64,000 bases of DNA from Bacteroidales bacterium (GTDB taxonomy: Bacteria > Bacteroidota > Bacteroidia > Bacteroidales > FEN-979): contig JADHVQ010000001.1 in NCBI GenBank assembly GCA_016783905.1, positions 51,670 through 115,669 of the forward strand. The letters run 5' to 3'. The notes below the pieces were generated by a model. It was not told the origin of the DNA and did no database searches. It was given only the letters and a program-made list of their open reading frames with translations. Positions 1 to 8,378 of this stretch are shown one piece after another. How positions within the stretch are numbered: position 1 is the first letter of the stretch; every line of letters starts with the position of its first letter. Both the position numbers and the translations under genes were made by a program.

Positions 1-342
1 CTTGATGCCCTGAACAAACCTGATAAAAATTTTTACAAAACCATTGCCATGACCTCTGCCAATATCATCGGGGACCTGATTGCAGTATTTGTGGTTCATG
101 CGCTGTTCCCCGAACTAAGTGTCGTATTCATCCTGATTTGTGTATCCATCGTCACCATTGGTTTCGAGATCGTCGGGATGATGCTCGGGATGTATTTTCT
201 GAATAAGGAGATCACCGTGAAATATGCTCCCATTTTCAAGGAAGGATTCCTTTTTTATAGAGATTTATATCTTAAAACATTTCGAAAAAAACAATATCTT
301 TATAACCAGATAAAATCAGGATCTAAAAATCGGATCAAATGA
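1..342 (+). CDS. C-terminal end of a multi-pass membrane protein (partial, continues left of window; possibly the exporter/flippase of the adjacent glycan locus)
   Basis: Frame is open from nt 1 (LDALNKPDKNFYKTIAMTSANIIG...). Hydrophobic helices. ATGA overlap with the next GT gene at 339-342. Confidence 0.4.
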   Translation, partial: LDALNKPDKNFYKTIAMTSANIIGDLIAVFVVHALFPELSVVFILICVSIVTIGFEIVGMMLGMYFLNKEITVKYAPIFKEGFLFYRDLYLKTFRKKQYLYNQIKSGSKNRIK

Positions 343-1205
343 TTCCATCAATTACAGTCCCTGACTGGGTAAAAAGGAATATCATCTCATTTCAGAATAT
401 CGAGGATATCCCAGACGAGGTATTCGAAAGAATCAAACAGGGCCTCGCCTCGAAGAAGGCTGAGGATGCCTTTGTAACGATCGGTGTCATTGCATATAAC
501 GAGCAAGAAAACATTCTTAGCTGCCTGGCCTCCCTTGCTGAACAAGAGACACCCTTCCCTCTTCGCATTGTTGTCTCCAATAATAACTCTACCGATCAAA
601 CCCAGTATCTTCTGGATAAATGTGGAGCATTCTCCGTGTTCCAGCCACAACAGGGAATTGGATATGCCCGGCAGGCTGCAATGGATGTAGCCAGGGGGAA
701 GTATTTTCTTTGCGCGGATGCCGATTGTATGTATCCCCCAACCTGGGCTGAGGAGTTTGCAAAAACAATGGATACACCAGGAGTTTCTGCAGTATATAGC
801 GTTGACTCGTATATTCCTTCATCCAAAAACAGGATTACCCTTGCACTATATGAGTTCATCAGAGATATCTCCCTGGTTCTCAGGCGAATTAACCGGCCCG
901 AACTGAGTGTGGGAGGGGGTAGTTTTGGTATTCCGATGAAAGAGGGAAACGAGATCGGATGGTACACCCGGATTAAAAGGGGCGAAGATGGATCCATGGC
1001 ATTTGCCTTGAAGCAACATGGAAAAATCAAATTCATCAATTCTTCCAGATCCCGGATCTGGACCACCTCCCGATCGCTTGACCACCAGCAGAGTCTCTTT
1101 GCCATGGTCACTGAAAAGTTCCGGAAAGAATTCAAACGGATACACGTATATTTGTTTCCCACCAGGAAAGGCTATAAGGACAGAGAGGAAAATATCATTA
1201 AATAA
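339..1205 (+). CDS. family 2 glycosyltransferase
   Basis: 288 aa. N-terminal GT-A signature VTIGVIAYNEQENILSCLASL, NNNSTDQT, and DxD-like CADADCMYP. Confidence 0.85.
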   Translation: MIPSITVPDWVKRNIISFQNIEDIPDEVFERIKQGLASKKAEDAFVTIGVIAYNEQENILSCLASLAEQETPFPLRIVVSNNNSTDQTQYLLDKCGAFSVFQPQQGIGYARQAAMDVARGKYFLCADADCMYPPTWAEEFAKTMDTPGVSAVYSVDSYIPSSKNRITLALYEFIRDISLVLRRINRPELSVGGGSFGIPMKEGNEIGWYTRIKRGEDGSMAFALKQHGKIKFINSSRSRIWTTSRSLDHQQSLFAMVTEKFRKEFKRIHVYLFPTRKGYKDREENIIK

Positions 1206-1213
1206 TTTGTATT

Positions 1214-1816
1214 ATGATAGTTACTATACATCAACCGGAACACTTCCCATACCTGGGCTTTTTTCAGAAAATGAAAAAAGCGGAGCTGTTTGTTATCCTG
1301 GATAATGTACATTACCGAAAGAACTACTGGGTGAACAGGAACTGGTTCATTGATGAAAACCAGAATAAGAGTTTTTTTACGGTTATCGTGGAATCCAAGG
1401 CCACTCATAAGAATATTAATGAAGTCATGGTGGCCCCGGAGGCCATGTGGAAAAGAAAATTACTGACCAAACTCAAATCCCGTTACAAATATGATTTCTC
1501 CTCGTTCTACGAAAGCGAGAAGCTGATCGATATCAACATGAAGGGACTGGAGTTCTGCCGCGAAAAATTGAATATAACCGTCCCTATGGTATATGCCTCT
1601 GCCCTGGGAGTAGATGGCGCGAAATCTGATCTGCTGGTTGACATCCTGAAGGAAGTCAATGCAACACGCTATATATCAGGTTCTTTTGGGAAAGATTACC
1701 TGGATCTTGAACTTTTCAAAGATCATGGGATTGAAGTTGAGTTTTTTGAATCCAACGTAACTAATTATCACACCATCCTGGAATATATTTTCGGGTATGA
1801 TGATTTGATTCTTTAA
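1214..1816 (+). CDS. WbqC-like family protein (polysaccharide biosynthesis accessory)
   Basis: 200 aa. N-terminus MIVTIHQPEHFPYLGFFQKM matches the characteristic WbqC-family start (HQP..FPY.G.F). Confidence 0.75.
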   Translation: MIVTIHQPEHFPYLGFFQKMKKAELFVILDNVHYRKNYWVNRNWFIDENQNKSFFTVIVESKATHKNINEVMVAPEAMWKRKLLTKLKSRYKYDFSSFYESEKLIDINMKGLEFCREKLNITVPMVYASALGVDGAKSDLLVDILKEVNATRYISGSFGKDYLDLELFKDHGIEVEFFESNVTNYHTILEYIFGYDDLIL

Positions 1817-1827
1817 ATCTCGAACCT

Positions 1828-2469
1828 ATGAAGAATGTACTGGCCATTGGCGCACACCCGGATGATGTTGAATTTGGGTGTGCCGGAACACTGGCAAAGC
1901 ACGTGCATGACGGGGACAAGGTCACCATTGTCCACATGACCTGCAGCGACAGTATGAACATTTATCATGAGATCGTTGACACCAAGGAACTAAGGAAAAG
2001 CGAGGCAGAGTCTGCTGCAAAGATCATTGGGGCAGATCTGATCATCCTGGATTTTCTGGATCAGCTTGTCCCGTTTGACCGGGAGAGTATTTTTGCCATC
2101 GAGCGATTGCTAAAAGAGCTGCAGATAGATACGATCTATTCCCACTGGAACGGGGACGCACACCAGGATCATATCAATACGTTAAAGACTGTCTTTGCTG
2201 CCGGACGTTATGTCGACAGCATCTTCCTCTTTGAACAGGTCCCCTATCCCAGAGTAGGGAAGATCTTCTCTGAGGTCAACTATTATGTCGATGTATCTGA
2301 ATACTATCTCCTCAAAGAGCAATCATTGATAGCCCACAAGTCCCAGGTTGTAGGGAGATATGCCAATAAAATCCTGACCGGGATGAGATCTCTGGCTGAA
2401 TTCAGGGGCAGCCAATGCAACTGCAAGTATGCAGAAGCATTTGAAGCAGTCAAACAAATTATCCGGTAA
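1828..2469 (+). CDS. PIG-L / LmbE family N-acetyl-sugar deacetylase
   Basis: 213 aa. AIGAHPDDVEFGCAGT metal-binding motif and downstream HQDH. Confidence 0.85.
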   Translation: MKNVLAIGAHPDDVEFGCAGTLAKHVHDGDKVTIVHMTCSDSMNIYHEIVDTKELRKSEAESAAKIIGADLIILDFLDQLVPFDRESIFAIERLLKELQIDTIYSHWNGDAHQDHINTLKTVFAAGRYVDSIFLFEQVPYPRVGKIFSEVNYYVDVSEYYLLKEQSLIAHKSQVVGRYANKILTGMRSLAEFRGSQCNCKYAEAFEAVKQIIR

Positions 2470-2480
2470 CCTGACCGGTT

Positions 2481-3956
2481 TCAGCGCATAAGGGGGATTC
2501 CGGCTGCTCTCTTTTCAGCGATCTCACGGTCATACATCGGTGAGAGGAAAATAAATGCCATGGAGCTGTACATGAGCAATCCCGTGGGCATCTGACCAAA
2601 TACCCCGTTTCCAAAGCTGGAAACCATGATGCCGAATATTCCGCTGATGATCGCTATCATTTTCCCTTTCAACTCCGGATCCCTGATCCTGTGCATAATG
2701 ATATAAGAACCCTTGATCAGGATAAAAGCCATTAATCCCAGGTGCAAAGCCAATCCTACCACCCCTTGTTCTGCCCAGATTTCCACATACCAGCTATCGG
2801 TTGGTGTATTTGCCAGAAATGTATTCGGTGCAAACCGTTGCGCCTTCGCCCCGGCATTTCCAATGCCTCCACCAAACGGCCGGAGGGCGAGGTAGGGGCG
2901 AAGCTTGGCCTGGTTCTCTAACCGGACAAGAAGGGATGGGTTGTTCGGATCAAAGGCACCACGCATCCGTTGAACAAAGTAATAAGCCTGACCGATATAG
3001 GTATATCGGAAAAAATAAAACACTGTAGCTGCGATAGCCACACCAATAAAGAATAGTTTAAAATTCCTGTTCAGGAGGAGCCAGAAGACACCTGTACCGG
3101 CCAGCACACCCCAGATCCCTCTGGTACCTGAAATAAACATGCCCCAGAAACAAAATAATGCGACAATAATATAAATCACCCGTTGTTTGTAACTCTTCGT
3201 CGTAAGAGCAAAGATGGAGGCAATCATCGCGGTATGACCCTGCGAAGCGCCGAACTGCCCTGCATCAGTAAAGAATGAAAATACCCTAAGCTTTCCAAAG
3301 AGAATATGAGTGGAACGCCCAACCACGTCCAGCCAGCGTACTTCATATGGGTCAAGACCAACATATAATTGTACCATACCCTTCATCGACCCAAGTACTT
3401 CAAAGAAAAACCATAAGTAAATGAACCACATAAAGTACTTGTACTTATCCATCAGGATAAACACCAGGATAACTGTCATAAGCATATACAAGCTGACACC
3501 TCTTACATGATAAACCCAGGCTACCCGGCTAACAACCGTGGGATTGACAAATTCAAAAAGAGAGTAGCCAAACCAGATCAAGGCCACAAAAACAACCTGA
3601 TTATTTAACCTGGACCAATCAAATTTTTCGTAGAAATATTTGAAAAATACAGCAATAAATGTCAGAACCAGGAATCCATCCACCAGCAATCCGAAGGGGG
3701 CCTGCAAGACATACCTGGCAAGACCCAGAGCAATAAAATTCACTACGTAAACGGAGAAAAAACCCACCAGAGGATTCTCAAAGACTTTGATCAGAAAAAA
3801 AACCGCAAATGGCAAAACCAGCAATGCTGCCACAGCAAGCAGCCCTTGATCAGCAATAAAATAACCCACCCCAAACAGGCTGATAAATAACAGGGAAAGG
3901 ACCAACGGGTTGTTCATCCTGTAGGCTCCTGTTTTCATAATGAATTGGTCTTCCAT
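2481..3956 (-). CDS. O-antigen ligase / Wzy-like polysaccharide polymerase family membrane protein
   Basis: 491 aa, at least 10 hydrophobic helices with one larger loop near the C-terminal third. Sits inside the glycan locus. Start could also be an internal Met (MKTGAY.. / MNNPLV..). Confidence 0.6.
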   Translation of the reverse strand: MEDQFIMKTGAYRMNNPLVLSLLFISLFGVGYFIADQGLLAVAALLVLPFAVFFLIKVFENPLVGFFSVYVVNFIALGLARYVLQAPFGLLVDGFLVLTFIAVFFKYFYEKFDWSRLNNQVVFVALIWFGYSLFEFVNPTVVSRVAWVYHVRGVSLYMLMTVILVFILMDKYKYFMWFIYLWFFFEVLGSMKGMVQLYVGLDPYEVRWLDVVGRSTHILFGKLRVFSFFTDAGQFGASQGHTAMIASIFALTTKSYKQRVIYIIVALFCFWGMFISGTRGIWGVLAGTGVFWLLLNRNFKLFFIGVAIAATVFYFFRYTYIGQAYYFVQRMRGAFDPNNPSLLVRLENQAKLRPYLALRPFGGGIGNAGAKAQRFAPNTFLANTPTDSWYVEIWAEQGVVGLALHLGLMAFILIKGSYIIMHRIRDPELKGKMIAIISGIFGIMVSSFGNGVFGQMPTGLLMYSSMAFIFLSPMYDREIAEKRAAGIPLMR

Positions 3957-3990
3957 GTATGGAAAGAAAAAACAGTTCTCTTTAAAAAAT

Positions 3991-3998
3991 CAAATTTA
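3991..3998 (-). promoter_or_regulatory. candidate Bacteroidota -7 box (TAAATTTG) for the Wzy-like gene
   Basis: Minus-strand TAAATTTG matches TAnnTTTG, about 35 nt upstream of ATG 3956. Confidence 0.4.
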
Positions 3999-4038
3999 AT
4001 AAAATCTCACTAAAAATGTTTAGTAATTATTGTAAATT

Positions 4039-4046
4039 TACTTTTG
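4039..4046 (+). promoter_or_regulatory. candidate -7 box (TACTTTTG) for the plus-strand glycosyltransferase run
   Basis: TACTTTTG matches TAnnTTTG. It lies only 10 nt before ATG 4057, so ATG 4078 (MLDMSNH..) may be the real start. Confidence 0.4.
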
Positions 4047-4056
4047 TTAATAACTG

Positions 4057-5025
4057 ATGCATTCTGAGGATTCTAATATGTTGGACATGAGTAATCATCA
4101 GCAGATTCACAGTAAATATCCGCTGGTTTCCATTATCACCATCAACTATAATCACGCGGATGTAACCTGCCAGATGCTGGAGTCGTTATACCAGATCACC
4201 TATCCTGACTACGAGGTAATTGTCATTGACAATGGTTCTCCGGACGACAATCCAAAGATCATTCACGAGAAATTTCCCCGGGCAACGTATATCGAAACCG
4301 GTGAGAATCTTGGATTTGCCGGGGCTAACAATCTGGGGATCTGCATGTCAAAGGGAAAATACATCCTGCTTATCAATAACGATACCGTTGTCACTCCCGG
4401 ATTCCTTGAACCCCTCGTCGATAAAATGGAGTCAGACCCGGAAATCGGAGCTGTCAGCCCCAAAATTCTTTATTATTACCTTTCCAATACCCTTCAATAT
4501 GCAGGAATGACGCACATCAACTCGTTCACGGTGAGAAGTCATTCATACGGTTACATGGAGAAGGATACCGGTCAGCATGATCAGGACAGGATCTCTGCAT
4601 ACGCCCATGGTGCTGCCATGATGATTTCCCGGGAGGTTGTGGAGAAAGTTGGCCTGATGTCTCTCGCCTTTTTCCTTTATTATGAAGAACTGGACTGGGG
4701 ATTCAGGATCCGGAAAGCAGGTTACAAGATCTATTATGTGCACAACTCAAAGATTTACCACCTGGAATCAGTGGCCACCGGAAAACAGAGCCCCCTCAAG
4801 ACCTATTATCTGAATCGAAGCCGAATCCTCTATATGCGAAGAAATGTCAGAGGCGCGAAATCGATCATTCCCATCCTCTTCCTGTTGCTGGTTACCATCC
4901 CAAAAAACATGGCCCTCTATCTGATCAAAGGAAAATTTGACCTGTTCAGAGCCTATGCAAGAGCCGTTGGATGGCATATTCGAACGGTTCTCCAGAAATT
5001 CATTCACGAACACCCTACATGCTGA
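4057..5025 (+). CDS. family 2 glycosyltransferase (rhamnosyl/WbbL-like architecture)
   Basis: VSIITINYNHADVTCQMLESL, EVIVIDNGSPDD, NLGFAGANNLG, LLINNDTVV. Alternative start at 4078. Confidence 0.85.
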   Translation: MHSEDSNMLDMSNHQQIHSKYPLVSIITINYNHADVTCQMLESLYQITYPDYEVIVIDNGSPDDNPKIIHEKFPRATYIETGENLGFAGANNLGICMSKGKYILLINNDTVVTPGFLEPLVDKMESDPEIGAVSPKILYYYLSNTLQYAGMTHINSFTVRSHSYGYMEKDTGQHDQDRISAYAHGAAMMISREVVEKVGLMSLAFFLYYEELDWGFRIRKAGYKIYYVHNSKIYHLESVATGKQSPLKTYYLNRSRILYMRRNVRGAKSIIPILFLLLVTIPKNMALYLIKGKFDLFRAYARAVGWHIRTVLQKFIHEHPTC

Positions 5026-5954
5026 TCCGTAAAAAACTTGTCCGGTATCCACTTGTTTCGATCGTAGCTGTCAACTTTGATCACCCGAAGGTAACCTGTG
5101 ATTTCATTGAATCGCTGCACAAAATAACCTACCCGAATTTCGAGGTGATCATTGTCGACAACAAATCCCCGAACGATGATCCCGCTATCATCAAAGAGCG
5201 TTACCCCAATGTGATCCTATACGAAAGTCATGTAAACTGGGGCTTTGCCGGAGGCAACAACCAGGGGATTATGCGTGCAAAGGGAGAGTACGTGCTGCTC
5301 CTGAACAACGATACCATTGTGGATCAAGATTTCCTGGAGCCTCTGGTAGAAAAGCTCGAGACCAATCCGCGAATCGGGGCTGTCAGTCCGAAGATCAGGT
5401 TCTACTACGACCCGGAGATCATCCAGTATGCCGGTTTCCACCTGATCAACAGGTACACGGTGAGGAACTCATCCGTCGGATTCCGGGAAAAGGACAAAGG
5501 CCAATATGATGAAGACAGGGAGACTGCCTATGCCCATGGCGCTGCCATGATGGTCCCCATGCGGGTGATCAAGGAGATCGGCCTGATGTCCTATATCTTC
5601 TTTCTCTATTACGAGGAAGCTGACTGGAGTTACCGCATTATGAAAGCCGGGTACCAAATATGGTACGTCCATCATTCACTGGTCTACCATAAAGAGTCTG
5701 TATCCACCGGGAAGCTAAGCACCCTGAAAACCTATTACCTGAACCGGAACAGGCTCGTCTTTATGCGCAGAAATATTGAGGGAAAGGATTTTTACATCGG
5801 CATCATTTATCAGCTATTTGTTGCGATCCCGAAAAATATGTTGGTGCTTCTGCTGAAATTTAAACTTGGGTATGTATATGCTTATATGAGAGCGCTGGGG
5901 TGGCATCTAAAGAATGCATTCAACAAAGATATCTATAACAATCCGGCGTTGTAG
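5019..5954 (+). CDS. family 2 glycosyltransferase, tandem paralog of the preceding gene
   Basis: Same motif set (VSIVAVNFDH.., EVIIVDNKSPND, NWGFAGGNNQG, LLLNNDTIV). Start trimmed to ATG 5019, which overlaps the upstream stop as ATGCTGA. Confidence 0.85.
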   Translation: MLIRKKLVRYPLVSIVAVNFDHPKVTCDFIESLHKITYPNFEVIIVDNKSPNDDPAIIKERYPNVILYESHVNWGFAGGNNQGIMRAKGEYVLLLNNDTIVDQDFLEPLVEKLETNPRIGAVSPKIRFYYDPEIIQYAGFHLINRYTVRNSSVGFREKDKGQYDEDRETAYAHGAAMMVPMRVIKEIGLMSYIFFLYYEEADWSYRIMKAGYQIWYVHHSLVYHKESVSTGKLSTLKTYYLNRNRLVFMRRNIEGKDFYIGIIYQLFVAIPKNMLVLLLKFKLGYVYAYMRALGWHLKNAFNKDIYNNPAL

Positions 5955-5971
5955 CAGAGGTAAAAATTGAC

Positions 5972-5979
5972 TATATTTG
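5972..5979 (+). promoter_or_regulatory. candidate internal -7 box (TATATTTG)
   Basis: Exact TAnnTTTG match in the 33-nt gap before the next GT gene. Implies that the gene may start at Met 6015 (MAVDIILF..). Confidence 0.35.
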
Positions 5980-5987
5980 TGATATGA

Positions 5988-7208
5988 ATGCCTGACCTGT
6001 TTAACCCTTGCTTTATGGCAGTGGATATAATCTTGTTCATGTTGATGATCATCCAGTGGATTATCCTGGTCTACCTGGCATTCGGAACGCTCTATATATT
6101 CGTATTTGCAACTGCCTCCCTTTTTCATTACCAACCCGGAAAAGCCGGAAAGGAAGATCTCAACAGGATCGCTGTCATGATCCCGGGATATAAAGAAGAT
6201 GCTGTGATACTGGAAGTTGCCAAGGATGCATTTCAGCAGAATTATCCGAAGGAAAAATACGAGGTCATTGTGATTGCAGATTCTTTTCAACCGCAAACGA
6301 TTGAGAAACTTAAGGAATTACCCATCAAGGTGATTGAAGTTTCCTTTGAACAAAGCACCAAATCCAAAGCCTTGAATAAAACGATGTCCCTGATCCCTGA
6401 TGATCTGTTTGATCTTGTCGTCATTCTGGATGCCGATAACCTGATGGAACAGGATTTTCTGACCAGGATCAATGATGCATACAATTCCGGATATATTGCC
6501 ATCCAGGGGCACCGGATCGCGAAAAACACCAACACTTCATTTGCTGTTCTGGATGCTGTCAGTGAAGAGATCAATAATTCGATCTTCAGGAAGGGGCACC
6601 GCAGGTTAGGATTTTCCTCCAGTTTGATCGGTTCGGGAATGGCATTTGACTACCCGTTTTTTAAAACCCTGATGCTGAGTGTAAAGGCTGTTGGAGGCTT
6701 TGATAAAGAGATCGAATTGAAAATGCTGAAGAAGGGTGTCAAAATTGAATACCTGGATTACGCAATGGTTTACGACGAGAAAGTTCAGAAAGAAGAGGTG
6801 TTTGTCAGGCAACGCCGCCGCTGGCTCTCGGCCCAGATTCACTATGCCGCATTTTTCGGAGATGCCATCCAAACGTTTTTTACCAAATGGAACATCGATT
6901 ACCTCGATAAAGCCGGACAGATGCTACTTCCTCCACGCATCTTATTGATCGGGTTATTGCCCCTCTTCACCTTGCTCTCCATATTCGTTAATCCAATGAT
7001 ATATACGATAGTTTGGACCGGACTCCTGACGATGCTGATCTTTACTTTTCTCTTTGCTATCCCCCGGAAGTTCTACAACGGTCAAACACTGGTAGCAATT
7101 TTATCCATCCCGCGAGGAATATTTCTGATGTTGATCTCCCTTATTTCTACCAAAGGGGCGAATAAGAAATTCATTCATACTGAACATACATCATCAACCG
7201 GAACGTAA
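5988..7208 (+). CDS. membrane-embedded family 2 glycosyltransferase, synthase-like
   Basis: 406 aa. N- and C-terminal TM helices, VVILDADN (DxD), and QRRRW (QxxRW) followed by several TM helices. Confidence 0.8.
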   Translation: MPDLFNPCFMAVDIILFMLMIIQWIILVYLAFGTLYIFVFATASLFHYQPGKAGKEDLNRIAVMIPGYKEDAVILEVAKDAFQQNYPKEKYEVIVIADSFQPQTIEKLKELPIKVIEVSFEQSTKSKALNKTMSLIPDDLFDLVVILDADNLMEQDFLTRINDAYNSGYIAIQGHRIAKNTNTSFAVLDAVSEEINNSIFRKGHRRLGFSSSLIGSGMAFDYPFFKTLMLSVKAVGGFDKEIELKMLKKGVKIEYLDYAMVYDEKVQKEEVFVRQRRRWLSAQIHYAAFFGDAIQTFFTKWNIDYLDKAGQMLLPPRILLIGLLPLFTLLSIFVNPMIYTIVWTGLLTMLIFTFLFAIPRKFYNGQTLVAILSIPRGIFLMLISLISTKGANKKFIHTEHTSSTGT

Positions 7209-7218
7209 AATAAAACAA

Positions 7219-8370
7219 ATGAGAATAGGAATTGAGGGACAAAGGCTATTCAGACCAAAGAAACACGGGATGGATTTCGTGACCCTGGAACTCGTGAAGA
7301 ATATCCAGCTTCTGGACCAGGAAAATGAATACGTAGTTTTCATAAAACCGGATGAGGATGTTTGCCTCCAATCAACAGGGAATATGAACATCATCGAGCT
7401 TGGCGGAGGTCCCTATCCGACATGGGAGCAGAACGCTTTGCCGCATGCGGTGAAAAAATACAAATGTGACCTTCTCCATTGTACAAGCAATACCGCCCCT
7501 TTGTATAATCCGGTTCCCATGATCGTTACGCTTCATGACATCTTTTACATGGAGAATGTCAGCCTTTTCAATAAAGGTTTTTCAGCTTATCAGAAATTCG
7601 GGAACATGTACCGCAGGTACATCGTCCCTGGCGTCGTGAAAAAAGCCAAACGGGTCATCACTGTTTCCAGATCGGAAAAAAACCGGATCCTTCATTTCTT
7701 CCATCTGAAAGACGAACAAGTTTCGGTAGTTTATAATGGTGTAAGTCTGAATTTCAAGCCGGTAACAGACAAAGAAACCCTGGAAGAGATCCGGTTGAAG
7801 TATCAACTCCCTGAACATTTCATATTCTTCCTGGGAAATACCGATCCGAAGAAAAACACCCCGGGAGTGCTGACAGCCTTCGCCAAGTATATCCGGGAGA
7901 CAAACGGCCAGATCCCGCTTGTGATCGCCGATTACCCGCAAATCGATCTGGAGAGAACCCTGCTGGAAATTCATGAACCAGACATCCTGCAATATATCCA
8001 CCGGCTTGATTACATCAAAAACGCCGACCTGCCGGGAATCTACACCATGGCAGCCCTATTCCTGTACCCCTCTTTCCGGGAGAGTTTTGGGATCCCGATA
8101 CTGGAAGCAATGTCGTGCGGCACTCCGGTAATTACCTCCAACGTATTTTCTATGCCAGAAGTTGCCGGGGAGGCGGCTGTGCTGGTGGATCCGACGAATC
8201 CGTATGACCTGGCGCGCGCCATACACAGGGTTCTGACCGAGCCTGAATTCAGCAAAAGCTTATCAGAAAAAGGATTTGTTCAAGCAACCCGCTTCTCCTG
8301 GGCCAAAATGGCAAAGGAGTACATAGATATCTATAAGGAAATTGTGGAGAAAACCTCACGTCAAACGTAA
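7219..8370 (+). CDS. GT4 (GT-B fold, family 1-type) glycosyltransferase
   Basis: 383 aa. C-terminal E-x7-E region RESFGIPILEAMSCGTPVITSN. Confidence 0.85.
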   Translation: MRIGIEGQRLFRPKKHGMDFVTLELVKNIQLLDQENEYVVFIKPDEDVCLQSTGNMNIIELGGGPYPTWEQNALPHAVKKYKCDLLHCTSNTAPLYNPVPMIVTLHDIFYMENVSLFNKGFSAYQKFGNMYRRYIVPGVVKKAKRVITVSRSEKNRILHFFHLKDEQVSVVYNGVSLNFKPVTDKETLEEIRLKYQLPEHFIFFLGNTDPKKNTPGVLTAFAKYIRETNGQIPLVIADYPQIDLERTLLEIHEPDILQYIHRLDYIKNADLPGIYTMAALFLYPSFRESFGIPILEAMSCGTPVITSNVFSMPEVAGEAAVLVDPTNPYDLARAIHRVLTEPEFSKSLSEKGFVQATRFSWAKMAKEYIDIYKEIVEKTSRQT

Positions 8371-8378
8371 CCCATTTT

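Noticed and set aside
2463-2478. Short inverted repeat ccggt-aacctg-accgg between two convergent genes, considered as a terminator.
   Set aside because: The stem is only 5 bp with a weak T-tract, which is insufficient evidence.
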